From positions 14,198,001 through 14,262,000 of the forward strand of contig JANJGN010000035.1 in assembly GCA_026770705.1 (NCBI GenBank): a DNA stretch of 64,000 nucleotides. Reading direction: 5' to 3'. The translations under genes and the position numbers were made by a program. The DNA is from Isurus oxyrinchus (lineage: Eukaryota). Numbering within the stretch: the stretch's first letter is position 1; every line of letters begins with the position of its first letter. A model generated the notes under the pieces. The model ran no database searches, was not told the DNA's origin, and saw only the letters and a program-made list of their open reading frames with translations. Shown piece after piece: positions 38,560 to 51,589 of this stretch.

Positions 38560-39515
38560 TTGCCTCCTCTTCTTACTCCCCTAAAAATTCTTATTTCCTG
38601 CCCATCTCATCTCTTTCCCTCTCCACCACCCCCTCCTCTGCTCTCTACCCCTCTCTCTGTCACTCCCTTTCCCAACATATGTCCCCAACATCCTCTGTGC
38701 TTTCTCTCTCTATGTGCGTTAATGAGTTAGTTCATGATGTCTTATGCAAATTGTTCTCTAATCATTTTTTTTTACCTCATACACTTATTTTTATCTCCTT
38801 CCCCCTCTCATTCCATCTAACTCCTCTGTCTCTCCTCCTTCTCTCCAATTTCTGCTCCCACGTTCTCTCTTTCTCTATCGTTCACACCACCAACACAGCT
38901 CTCCCTTTCTCTTCTCCCTCGCCATATCTTTATCTCCCACCAACCACTACCTCCCGCGCTTTCTTTCTATTGCTCCCACACACCCTCTCTCCCTGTTGTC
39001 CCATCTCTCTCACTTCCACTCCATCCCTACCTCTCCCATCCACATATTCCTCAATATCTCTCTCTGCTCTCGCTCTCTTTCCATCTATTGGTCAAGGTGT
39101 ATCTCCCCCTCTTCCTCTCCATCTCTCGCTCACACTCACCACCATCTCCCGCTCTCCCTCTCTCCCTCTCTCCTCCCCACCAAAGTCCTCGCTGTCTTCC
39201 TCTCCCTGGATACATCTCTATCTCTCCAACTCACCGCCAAACCCCGCTCTCTCTCTCTCTCTCCACCCCACCGAGTGCCTTGCTGTCTCCCTCTCTGTCT
39301 CTCCCTCCAGCATTATCTCTCCCGCCCACAGCACCATCCGCTTTCTTTCTCTCTCTGCTACCCACCCTAAGCCCAGTATCTCATTCTCCCTCTCTTTCTC
39401 TCTATCTCTATCTCTCTTACGACTGCAATATCCCACTCTCTGTCTTTCTCTTGCTCTCTGTTTGTCTCTATCTTTCTGTCCGTCACCCTCACTCACTCTC
39501 ACTCTCACTCACAGT
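38560..39515. repeat. ~950-bp (CT)-rich polypyrimidine tract
   Basis: Degenerate (CT)n/(CCT)n. Confidence 0.9.
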
Positions 39516-39577
39516 AATGTTTTCTCTGATTTAATATGTTTTACTGTGTGAGCACTGTCGTATTTGAAATATATTAG

Positions 39578-40500
39578 GTCATTCAGATTGTCTTGGATGC
39601 GCTGTCTAATCTCTACCAGATTATTCTCGATTGGACAACACTAGCTCCGAGCTCACTGCCGTTATCAAGAATTTAAAGAACACACTGGTCGACTGGCATG
39701 TCAGTAAGTTTCAGGTCGAGGTGTGGAGCCATAATTCTGAGTTGGAATGGGAGGTTTCGAATTGAACATATTAGAATGTTGAATAGTGTTCGTGCTTTCA
39801 TGCACCACAGCACAACTGCTTGACTTTCAATGTCAGCCCGCCAGAAACTAACGCCAATCTTTCTTTAGCACTGCTCAGATTTTGTTAATCCTCGTAGCTA
39901 CTTTCAAACACATGTGAATTCCTAAACTCGGTCAACTTATTAGGATATTGGCGATCATCTTATTCCACAGACCAGAATGTGCCACGTCCCACAAAAGTGC
40001 CCTGAAATTAATTTGCAAACCGGTTCTTCAGATGTATTGCTACCTTTCTGTATTTTTGCCGCAATCTCCTTCAGTGTTAAATAGGAACATTAATTTATAT
40101 TGATCCTCAGGGTCTAAAATGTGCCACGTGCAAATCATTGCTTTCATTTGCAGAGAAATTTCTTTACCTCGCCAATACATTTCATTAATAACCTGACATC
40201 TATTCCTAAATCGCTCCTCTCCTCTCTGTCACGGGCTTGCAACTGGCTGGAAGATGTTGTGTTGCATCTTTTGAGATCTGGGATTAATGTCCCCTCACAT
40301 GACAAGCACTGAACTTCTTATGTCACTGTCTCACACAGATATTCATGCTGCTTCAGAACGTGTAGCTGGGTTATTTGTGCGATATAGGCTCACTTTGCTT
40401 CGTGGTGTTTGCAACTTTCATCTCTCGTCCACATTGTCCATTGCAGCCAAAGCATACTGTAGCTAGAGCACTTGTATATACGACTCCCTATTCCTACCTG
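39578..40500 (+). pseudogene. LRR pseudo-exons (39578-39703, 39811-39893, 39971 onward)
   Basis: DALSNL..KNLKN with GTAAGT donor; HNCLTF..PPETNANLS; KFLYLAN-NNLTSIPKSLLSSLS; L*LEHLYI. Confidence 0.68.
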
Positions 40501-40830
40501 TATCGCACGCTAAACGTCGGGCAAAGCCGTCTTCCAAAACGCAGATTAGTAGGAGACAACTCTAACCAAAGAACGTGAATGATCAAACAGAAGAAAATAA
40601 AAAGATTCATGGTTTAAGGCAGTTGTTATATTATAAACATGATCTAGCAAGTGAAATGGATATTTTCACTTTTTGTTTCAGTTTATGTTTTGTGCTTGCC
40701 TGTGGTACATTCTGGTAAAGATCCGGAATATACGCTTTGTGAGTGTATCAATATTGGAATCCGTTGAATCAATAATTTTGAATTCCAGCAAATTTGTTTT
40801 AATGCTTATTTCTGTAACTAGCCTGTTTAG

Positions 40831-41002
40831 CGCACATGCAACAAAGAAACATCATGCCAAATTGTACAGTCACGTGCTAGCTCAGATGATGGGGAAGAAC
40901 AGCTACGTGCCTCATAGTGTAAAAGAAACAATGCCGAACTGGCAAACCATATTACATTTCTCCAATTTCGTATCCCAAAAGGGACAGAGTCAAATTCAGA
41001 GA
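40831..41002 (+). pseudogene. Possible LDL-A plus SRCR N-terminus pseudo-exon (copy B only)
   Basis: TTTAG acceptor, GTGAGT donor; TCNKETSC..DG..C..E..PNW, then QFRIPKGTESNSE leading into the SRCR exon. Confidence 0.4.
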
Positions 41003-41126
41003 GTGAGTTCAAATGTAGATGGAACAAGTATTGGAATCGCTGCACATAGTTCTGGGCAGAAATGTGTACAGGCCTCAGGGAAACTTATCCCAAGGCTGAC
41101 TGGGGAATTATTTTTTTTCCATTCAG

Positions 41127-41481
41127 GATTTTTCCCCCCGTAGATAAAGGGACACGTTATGTGAAATGTCATGCAGACAAACAAAACTGTTATTGTTTTG
41201 AAAAAATAATTGCAATTCGTATTGATTGGAATTTTGATATCTTTGGGTGGGTGCGCCAAATGTATTTTCGGCAATGTGTCCAATGGCTGTGTGTGAAATC
41301 TCCTGGTGGACAGATCTTAAAATGAATTACTGCTATCTCTCAGAAGCTGTGGGCCAGTTTGTTTGTGAATTTGACCAGTGTCCTTGTGCTGCCAGTGGAT
41401 TTGTTCCTGTTGCACCTCGACGTCGGTATTTGGACGAAATTAGTTGCTTCCAGAAGCGTAGGAGGTAATTCTGCCCTATCT
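41127..41481 (+). pseudogene. SRCR pseudo-exon (paralog of 929-1277)
   Basis: TTCCATTCAG acceptor, GTGAGT donor; FG, WWTDLKMN, QKLWAS, EVI/FC. Confidence 0.65.
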
Positions 41482-42223
41482 GTGAGTACAGAGTAAAATC
41501 TTCACATATAGCCTAATTATGCGAATCGACAAAGGCAGCTCCAGCATGTTTTCGCTTTATTTTATATGGACCTATTGAGAATAGGCAGTACAGAAGGGAC
41601 TCGCTCATTGTTACTATCCCACATCAACCTCCTTTCACGGAATCACCTGAATCTAGCTATGGAGGATAAATAATTTGCGTTTGCCTGTCACACATAACCA
41701 CAGCTCCTTCACAGGAGTGTTACACGCCAATCTTCAGACCCAGAAACAAAGGGCGGCATAAGCTTAGCAAGCCAAAAATGTGGTAAAAGAGATGGGCTTG
41801 AGGAGCATCTTCGGGAGCATGGCTGCTGAGTAGACAGATGTAAATTGACAAATGGGTAGCTGTGCTTTGTTTGGCATCTAATTTAGGGAAGAGTGAAATC
41901 TAGCAGGTGGGCCATGAGAGAATTGGAATAGTCGAGCCGAAACACCAGGTACTGATAAGACCTTTCAGGACCACCTACCTATTTGCCACTCAAACGCACA
42001 CAGACACAAAATTGGACATGTTAAGCACTCCAAGTCTGAAGTATTACCGCCGCCAAAACATCTCCTCCCACCCTGCTCCACCCCAGACATTTCACACCTT
42101 TTACTCATGTCAACCTTATTTTCCCGTTTTGGATTAACCCAATAAGTGGAAATAAATTGCCCTGCACCTACCTGCTAAAATCTCTACTTATTTGGAAACA
42201 GCTCTCTCATATTCACTGCTCAG

Positions 42224-43060
42224 GTTTCTGTTTCCTACTGGAAAGACCCCAGCATACGCACCTGTATGCTTTGTCAAACACCTTCTGACTTCCCGAAACC
42301 ATCTTGTTTGAACTGCCTGTTGGAGGTCAATTCATTCGTGATTTCTATTTTTATGAAGTGGACATTTTATATGAATTATATCGGCATTGGTGTAAATAGA
42401 TCACAGTCAGCCACCTCATGGGTTTAATGTCCGTCTTATCTGCTGCTTGAATTTTTATTTACACGCACGCCTGTCCACTCATTGCCAATGCGACCCGTGA
42501 AGATCCGGTCATCTGAGAGTCTGAGAAAGTACGAGCAAAGCGACGCCCATATATTTAACTTTCCATGGATGACCATTCGATTGCAAATGGTGAGAACTGT
42601 TTCCAAATACAGTGGTGCTCAGAACAATACTACATCCAATCTGTTTACTTTCCCCAAATGTGACTAAATTCTCTGCCCAACACTTTATGTTAATTTTTCT
42701 ATGAATTGTGCAGACACAGTGGGCACGAGAACATTCGTGGACAGAGGCCCTACTGCTTGTTTTCGATTGCACTTAACATATACTTGCCATCGATGTACAG
42801 GAATTTCCTTTAGAACCACGAGTAATCCTTTGTATCCTAGTGCTGTTGGAGTTATCTATATTAATCGCTGTTTCCACTTTCGTGTGTGAGGCACTGTGCA
42901 GCAATTCGAAGAAACAAGTCAATAATATAAGAAATTACACGGGAACAGTTAATACTTAGTGTTTATCTCAAGAGAAACAAGCGACTGGAATGTACGCAGC
43001 ACCTTTTCTGACCATTAGAAAGCGACACACAATGATCGAAACAGTGTCCTTACAATAGGA
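42224..43060 (+). pseudogene. LRR pseudo-exons (paralog of 2025-2823)
   Basis: SRNH-LFELPVG, PNVTK, YLKRNKRLE..LF. Confidence 0.6.
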
Positions 43061-43109
43061 GTCTGATTATGAATAGCTGATTTTTGGTGTGTTTTGGTCA
43101 AGAGCTCTA

Positions 43110-43830
43110 AAATTAAGCGGGATCTGGGTGTCTAAGTGCATTAATCACAACAAGTGTCTCTTGTGCAGGTGAAGCAAATAATTAGGAAAGCTAATATAAT
43201 GTTATCATTTATTTTAAGGGCAATTGGATACAGAAGTAGGGATATTATGCTTCAGTTGTAAAGGGCACTGGTGAGACCACAACTGGAGTGTACAGAGCTA
43301 GTCCCCTTATTTAAGTAGGATTTAAAAGCATTAGTAACAATTCAGAGACCATTTGCAAGACTAATGCTAAGAATTGGCGGGTTTGCTTATGACAGAAGAC
43401 TGGACAGTTTAGGTTTGTATCCAATGGAATGAAGAAGAGAAAGAGATAACTTTTTTTAAACGTATATCAGTCTGAGTGGTTTTGATAGGGTGAAAGTGGA
43501 GAGGATGTTCCCTCTTGTGGGGAAACTAGAATTAGCGGTCACTGTTTAAAATTAAGGAGTCACCCATTTAATAAAAAGATGAATGGCATTATTTTCTCCC
43601 AGTGGGTGGAGAGCCTTTGGAACTCACTTCATCAAAAGCTAGTGGAAGCACGTTCTTTGAGGCAGAGGAAGAACTTTTCTTGCTTAATTGGGGATTGAAA
43701 GGGTATCGGGGGTCGGCGGGAATGTGGAGCTGAGGTTATATTCGGATCAGCCATGATCTTATTGAATGGTGCAGGAGGCTCTTGGGGCCGATTTGCCGAC
43801 TCCTGCTCCTTTCCCATATGTTCGTATAGT
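43110..43830 (+). mobile_element. CR1 3' fragment (paralog of 2875-3582)
   Basis: RDLGV..RKAN..ALVRPQLE; CAGCCATGATCTTATTGAATGG. Confidence 0.9.
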
Positions 43831-44244
43831 CAAATCCATGAAATCCAGGCTGAAGCGTTAACTTGCTATGGAATGGTCTTTGTGACATGAAGCTTTGGGT
43901 GGCGGCAGAGGATCAATGCTTTTCAGAAGCCACCGCGTTCTACAAGGGTCCTTCTTGGATCAATTACTCTTTCCTAACTTTGAAACGAACGAGTGCCTGG
44001 GCGAGGGAGCAACCATGCTAAAGGTCGCGGCCGATACACAATTTGGCAATTTGGTACATTTTGGTGACTGGGGTTGTAGACTCCAGATGGCATAGACAGA
44101 ACAGCGAAATTGGAAAAGGCGTTGTAGATGGACCTAAATCCTTTTAAGTATAACGTTTGAAAAGGCGAATACGGAAGGACAATGTACAATTACCATTCTG
44201 AAAAACGCAGGTGAGGAGAATGGTCTTCCTGTCCACACTGACGA

Positions 44245-44585
44245 ATCCGATTTTCATTTTAGTTCGTTCATGGGATGTGAGTTTCTCTGGCTCGGGGCCA
44301 GTATTTATAGTTAAGCTTTGTTCAACCAATATTGAGAGTCAACTGAAAGCCGGCCAGGCTAGGTAAGTGCGGCTGTTTTCCTTCCCGAAATGACATTTCT
44401 AAACCAGGTGGGGCTTTAGGACAATCGGCAATCGTTTCACTGTCATCATCATTAGACTTTTAATTCCTGAGTTTTATTGAATTCGAATTTCACCATCTGC
44501 CGTGGAAAATATGCGTCCCCAGAGCATTACCCTGGGTCTCTAGAATAAAATTAAGTGAGAATTCCACTATGCCACCGCCTCTAAA
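44245..44585 (-). mobile_element. tRNA-head SINE (paralog of 4150-4445)
   Basis: CCCCAGAGCATTACCCTGGGTCTC..CCACTATGCCACCGCCT head. Confidence 0.85.
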
Positions 44586-45904
44586 CTGAGTTATACAATG
44601 CAAAATCAGATGAACCTGCTGCAACTATAAAAATAGCTGGTTCTGTGTCAGCTGCAGAGTTTGAGGACAATTGCTCACACAATCCTCTTCAAATACCTAA
44701 TGGCATTAAAACCGGCGCAGGAGAATTTTCCTGGGTTGTTACATGGGCCATGGAACTCAGTTGTAAGGAGAGGGGAAATTTTAGCGAAACCGGTCAAAAT
44801 TGGCAGAAAAAGTATTTTGGAGGTGACTTATTGGAGCTTTTCAACGTGCTGGGAGGATTTGATCGAAGAGTTAGAGCACGGCAGTTCCCTCTACCGACTG
44901 CGTGGAAAACCAACCAAGGGGCATGGAATTAACATCAATGTAAGTACCTTGAGGGGAAATAAACCTCATTTGTTTCACACACTGTTGTCTGAATCTAGGA
45001 GGTTGTACGTGAAAAAAGATACGTTGGAAATTGCTCACAGAAATAATTTTAAACGGGTTAGGACAGGTCATTGAGAATTTAAGTTTGACAGGTGTACGTA
45101 GCAAAAGGATGGCGTGTTGGGGCGGGGCAAGTGGAGGAGCTGTGGGACACAGAATCACTGTGCTCTTTCAAGAAGTCAGCACACGGAGCAGAGACCAATT
45201 GGCGGTCGTAGTCGGAGGCTGGCCCTCACGGGTAGCAACAACTACAGGGCAGCAGTATACTTTCCGGGCGAAGGTCAGGCTGAATTTAATTCGATCACAG
45301 CACCAGGGGGTAATGAGCGATGTCCGAGCTAGAGTTATTTATGCGTTTGTCTGCGGCTACTCTGAACATGCAGATTTCCGCTTGAATCCCGGCTCCGATT
45401 TTCTCTTGGTCCCAGCTGGACAGGTTATATAATCGCTTCCTAATGAGATTCTCGCTCTGTTACTGTCGCTTCTAATAAAATTACCACTTAGTTAGCGTCA
45501 ATGTCAGTGTAAATAATTTAAAGTGTGTGTGGAATGGCGATTTCTGGAATCGAGAATTTGCACTTTCTTTGCTTGTTCTTGAGATACTTTTATATTCTGG
45601 ATCAGGGCAAAACTGTTACCAGCACCTCTGAGTTATTCTAATAATTAGGAAAATGCTGCTCACTTCACCAAAGGACTGTAACATATAGGTGCATATAGAT
45701 TGCATTTATACACACACACACACAAACACACACACTCTCACATATATAGATAGATATATGGATTCATATGTATTTTCATAGGCACAAATATATTTATATT
45801 ATATATATAATAATAATAATCGTTTAAATAATATTTTTACGAAGTTCCATTCACCTTACAAATACATCACTCCCATTTGAGTGATTTTTCTTGTTTTGCA
45901 CCTC

Positions 45905-46636
45905 GGAAGTAGAGGGAATCAGAGGGGCCTAGGTGTACATGTCCACAGGTAACTGAAGGCAGCAGCACAGGCAGATAAGATGGTTAAGAAAGCAAGTGGG
46001 ATACTTGCCGGCGTTAGCCGAGGAATGGGGTATGAGGGCAGGTGTGTTATGTTGAAGATGTATAAAATGCTAGTAAGGCCCATCTGGATACTGTGTGCAG
46101 TACTGGTAACCACACTGCAGGAAGGATGTGATTGCACTGCATAGGTTGCAGAGGAGATTCAATGGAATAATGTCTGATCTGGAGTGTTTCACCTCTGAAG
46201 AGGTGCTGGATAGGCTGAGGTTATCTACATTAGAACAGATAAGGCTGAGGAGGGGCCTGATAGATGCCTACAAAATTATAAGCTGCATAAATACTGTAAA
46301 TAGCAAGAAAAGATTCCCCTGAGCAGAGGTGTAAATAAACAGTGGACATAGATTTGAGATAAGGGTCAGTAGGCTTAGACGAGGTTTGAGGGCTTTTGTT
46401 TCAGCCAGAGTTCGGGTGCATATAGATCTCACTGTATGAGAGGGCGGTGGCGGTGCTGTTGAGCCAGGAAACATTACAACATCGAAGAAGTGTTCAGATG
46501 AGAATTTGAAATGCCTTTGCGCAGAGTGTTATGGGACAATTGCTGGGAAATAGAATTAGAATAATAAGTACTTGATGGCGGGCATGGAAACGATGGGTTG
46601 AAGGAACTGCGTCTATGCTATATGACTCCATGACTA
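45905..46636 (+). mobile_element. CR1 3' fragment (paralog of 5655-6380)
   Basis: IALHRLQRRF..LDRL.L..LEQ.RLR.GLI in ORF track. Confidence 0.9.
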
Positions 46637-46689
46637 TTTTTACGCACTGCTTTGGCAACAATTCTGTTTTCATTCACAGCCGCCAATGT

Positions 46690-49370
46690 GTCCACTCTTT
46701 ATGAAATCTGCTCTCAAACATCCATATTCCGCGGCCAAAATGTCGCAATGTGCCGCCTCCTTCAATGCTCTCTTCCGTTCTTCATTAGCACATCAGGAGG
46801 CTCAGCAGAAGCAAATCTGCTGCGGTCGTGAAGGAGTCCACTCCATGACTGAATTAGCCTTTAGTGTCCAAGAACACAGGTTTCTGACTGAAAATAAGAT
46901 GATAAACAGAATAAAGAGAGATTGAGAAACTGACCAACTGAATCTGAATGGACATGAGGAGGCTCTTCCTCCCTTTCGCTATTCTGCTGGCTCTTTGAAA
47001 GATCTCTATAATTAATCAGTGTTTCTAAGATATTTTCCCATAAACCCACAAATATTTCATCAATGCACATCTGAAGGCCACTATTGAACCTCGTTTCGGC
47101 AGTATTTCAAACGGTGTTTCAACGTTTGCCACTTTCCCTTTCACTCCTATCCCAAGTGCACATCCCTCCCTTCTCCCCTTTCATTCTCCCCTCCACAGCC
47201 TTGCCATCTCTCTAATTACTGACATATTACCAATAATGTAATTCTGTGCTTTTTTATATTCTCCAATCTATCACTAATATGCCTCTCCTCCCAAAAGCCC
47301 AGTGCCGGTGTGTAGCCCCGCACCCGCTTGTCGTCACCTCCCCAGATTGTTACGCACCCCCTTTATTAGTCTCCGAGGCCCATTGTCCCCTCGGACTTTC
47401 ATTGATTCTCGTGTTCGTATTACCACGTGTTGCAATTTTAAAATGAGGTTTGATCGAAAAATGCATCAAAACTCTGGGAACGGCCACTTGGCAGAAACTG
47501 CTTCGTACCAACCACGCCCAGGGTACATGGATTGAGGGGATACCGCTTGCTTATCTCGCCCCCTCCCAGTCGTTCTCCATTTAACCCGTCTGCCCTCGTT
47601 GCTCTATAAATTCCATGCTCTGCCACTGTTAAAAACTCCACTCATCACTGTAAATGTATCTCCAACGTCGTGAGGCCGTGGGGGGGCGACCTGATAATGT
47701 AGCGCATATTCCTACTGACCTCTCATTTCCCCTTTGAATTGATCGTGCCTCCCTGGCATCCACAGCTTGACGTCCTTTTTCTTTTGTCATGAAATTACTG
47801 TGTTCATCGACACATTCATCAATTCTATACATACTTAAAAATAAACCAGCAACTGTGCCATTTCTTCATGACGTGTTTCCTTCCATCTGCTCCTTCAGTG
47901 CTTCTGGCCCATCCTCAGCTTGGATGATATTTAGAGTTCATGGTTTGCAAGCGCCTTTCAATCAAATTCAGGCTCCAAAAGCCAACTGCCGCGGGACCAT
48001 TTTCTGCATATCATGCCTTTATTCTAAACCAGCAGTGATCTGAACACCAGGCAGTCTGCAGCAGTCTCTTCCATTCGCAATTCAGTGAAAACGAGGTACG
48101 CACAAACAATAAAATATCAAACCACCAGAATGTCTGACCTACCTTTCAGTCCTTGTGCCAGAAAGCTCCTGGTTTGTTTAATGTTGTCCCTAGCCAACAG
48201 GGTCAAGGAATCATACTGGGCTGCGAGAGGGAGTTCTCACGTGGAAGCATTCAATGATCAATATTGTTAAACACGCTGCTCAGGAAAGTGCAGGGAAGGT
48301 CGAGTCTATTATTAGACACATTGCTGTGTCCATTCTATTTATTATCAAAATGTTTACAGTTCTTGCAATTTAGAAATGTACTCGGAATTCCCTTTCATAA
48401 TTTCAGGGAGACGTGAACAAACTTTCTCACAACCAACTAACATCTCAACAATAGCATTGATTTCCCATGCACTAGCCTTAATGTCTTCGGTGATTCACAT
48501 AGTCTTCAATATTCTGGAGGCCCAAATTAGTAACGTGAGAGAAACAGTTTTTGTCCCATTTCACGTTGCTGTAACGGAACCAGTCATTGCTTGGGAGCAA
48601 GATGAGATAATGGGAGGCAGTCGGACTTTGTGTGTTGGCATTGATCTATTAAGGGAGAATTACGACTGGGGAAAATAAGGAGGCAGGGGATCTGTTCTGA
48701 GACGTTGCAGAGTGCAGAGTGAGGGAGAGAATCTCAGGATACACAGCTTTTATAGTTGGTACGGTACCAGTTATTCACTCTGAGAGTTCAGGGTTCGGGT
48801 GCTACGTTTTCCATTGCCATTGAAACGGCGAAAGGCAATTCCTGCTGCATTCTCCTTTCAACAATAATTGAGATGGAGACATGCCAGGCTGAAAGAGTCA
48901 GCCACTGACAAGCTGCTTAAACATCAGACATACCTCGATCAGAACACCAATCCTGCCTCCACACACAAAAGAATGGGAGGCACAGTTTTCACATGTTACA
49001 CTACTTGAACGCACAGGAGTGCGGAACCTCCCTAGTTGATCTGTTCCAGCTGACTCTCGGAGGGTCATATAATTCGGGACGTTGCCTGTTAGAATAACAG
49101 TGTCAGGAGAAGCAGTTGGTGACCGTCTTGGCAGCTCCAATGATCACTGCGCCCACAGTTCATTTCCTAACTGACTCACATTTTCCTGAATTGTCTTCAT
49201 ATACCTTGATTCTCACAGGACCCTATAAATGATCGCTCTCGATCTCAATTACAATGAACTGGCAGCTACCTTCCAGCTGTGTCAAGAAGTCAAAAGATTC
49301 ACAGGCATCTGCACACTCGGACAGCCTCCTTCAATCAATGTTCTCATTCACAATGTCACTGAGCAAACGT
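46690..49370 (+). pseudogene. LRR array remnants (paralog of 6430-9135)
   Basis: QLNLNG, WIEGIPL..FS-HLTRL, FNQIQ, ECLTYLSVL, EAFND, AIPAAF, IALDLNYNEL. Confidence 0.68.
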
Positions 49371-49439
49371 CCTCCCTTCTTCCCCATACCCTCCGCCAGC
49401 CTCCCACAACTCTCACCTTCCCACCTCACCCCGCTTGGT

Positions 49440-50640
49440 CCTCACAGAATCACAAATGCAGAAGAGGCCACTCAACCCATCGAGTCTGCACCGGCAAGTG
49501 AGAAAAACCTGACCAACGTTTCTAAAACAAATCACCAGCAAAAATCCGATAGCCTTGAATGTTATGAAAAGCCAAAAGCTCATTTAGGCACTTTTTAAAG
49601 AATGTTTCTCAATCCTCCTACACTACCCTCCCAAGCAATGCATTCCAGACCGTCACCACGCTCTGGGCAAAAAAGATTTTCCTCATATTCCCCCTAGAAC
49701 TTCTGCCGGTCACATTGAAATTGTTTCCACACGTGATTTGGCCATTCGAAGAATTGGAACATCTGCTCACTGTTCACGCTGTCCATACCCCTCATAATCT
49801 TCTTCACCATTGTCTGGTCCCTCCTCAGTCTTCGCTGCTCCAATGAAAGCAACCGAAGTCTCTAAAACCTCTCTTCATTACTTAAATATTTCACCCCTGG
49901 CAACCTCCTGGCGAATCGCCGCTGCACCCACTCCAGTGCAACCACATTTTCCTTTAATGTGGCGACTAGAACTGCGCACAGTACTCCAGCTGTGGCTCAC
50001 CAAGGTTCTATACAACTCCAACATGACCTCTCTAATTTTGTAATCTATGCCTCGATTGATAAAGGCAAATGTCAGATATACCTTTTTCAACACCCCACTG
50101 ACATGCTTATCCGCCTTCAGTGATCTATGGGGACACACCCCAACGTGCCATTAATCATCTGAACTTCATAACGTAATGCCATTCATTGAATTCTTCCTTT
50201 CCAAATAACTCCTTTCAAAGGGTATCACCTCACATCTTTGAGAATTAATTTCCATCTTCCACTTATCTGCCTATCTGATCATTCCGTCTATATTTTCCTC
50301 CAGCACAAGAGACTAAAAATCACTTTGAATAACTCTCGAATCTTTGTGCCATCTGCAAATCTACCTAAACCTACCCCTCACATAGTCATCTAAGTCGTTT
50401 ATATAAATGAAGAATAATATCGAACCCAGCGCTGATACCTGAGGTGTGTCACTGGAAACTGCCTGGCAGTCACTAAAGCATGATTATTTCATCACACTTT
50501 GTCTCCTAAAACTAAGCCAATGTTCAATCCACCTAATAAAATTGTCCAGTATCCCATGTGCAATTCCCTTCATTATAAGTCACCCATGCAGGACGTTTCA
50601 TAGGCATTGCTGAAATCCATATCAATTATATCTCTACACT
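49440..50640 (-). mobile_element. CR1 fragment, copy B only
   Basis: AFINRGIDYKIREVMLELYRTLV; MDFSNAY. Confidence 0.9.
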
Positions 50641-51589
50641 TCAGACACCACCAGTCCCTTCCCCCTCTACCTGTCTTCGCCTCCACGCCAACCATCCCAC
50701 CCTCCACCTCTCTTGCTGCCCCTCTATCCCTGCATCCCACGATCGGTGCTGTGGAATTCAAGGATACAACGCATGAAATTACTTTCAGATGCTTCAGCCC
50801 AACTTTAGCGACCGTGGATCAGTTGGTTAAAGAGAACTTTCTGTAGCCAGGAGGTGCCGAGAGCTGCCCCTCAACTTATCTTCAGTTGATCGCTTCCAAC
50901 ATCCCAGCAAGGGGGAATGTGTAAGCAGTAAAAGTGAAAATTTTCACCTGAAAGAAAGCTTCGAGAGAGTGTGTTAATTATAGAGGAAAAAGAAATCAAC
51001 TTGGTCCATTGTAAAACTGAGGACTAAATGTGTCTTTTGGAATACAGTAGTTCAAGAAAGCAGCTCATCACCAACGTCTCAAGGGCAACTAGTGTTGGGT
51101 AATAATTGCAGGCCCAGCCTGCGAAGCCAACACCCCGTAAATGAATAAAAAAAAAAGCTTATTTTCTTCCTCATTTTTAGGTGCAAGGTGTTATATTGAA
51201 TGAGCAGGTGTTGGCGGGAACTGTGGCCAAACCCCCGACAAGGAAGGACTGAATGATCAGTCTGAGTGCACACCCATCAGGAAAGATGTGGGAGGAGAGG
51301 TAATACATGACGGCTTTGTATTTCCAAATTAATTAACTGTCCATTAATTTGTCATTGCCATAACATATCGAGTGAAAGCCAATTAACCTTCTTGCTTTAA
51401 ATGTCCGTGACATCACACTGTCCTGGCAGAAAGAACAATTGGCTCGTTGTCTTCACCCGAATTGCAGCCCCCAAACACATGCGATTTGTAACTTTCTGCA
51501 GTAATTTCTGGAACTGAATGTCGCTCCTGAACGAACGTCAGCCTTCAAAACATTGAGGTCCCAGTGGAAAATTCCAGGGTTTCGCTGGT

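Noticed and set aside
38679-39551. Longest ORF (290 aa) and overlapping ORFs
   Set aside because: Ser/Leu/Pro translation of a CT-rich tract, open in several frames
40340-40440. Possible GPCR transmembrane helix
   Set aside because: Needs several frameshifts, is not supported by copy A, and is flanked by LRR motifs
50747-50776. CCGIQGYN tetraspanin-like or kringle-like motif
   Set aside because: Not conserved in copy A, no TM helices; the neighbouring LNLS motif fits LRR
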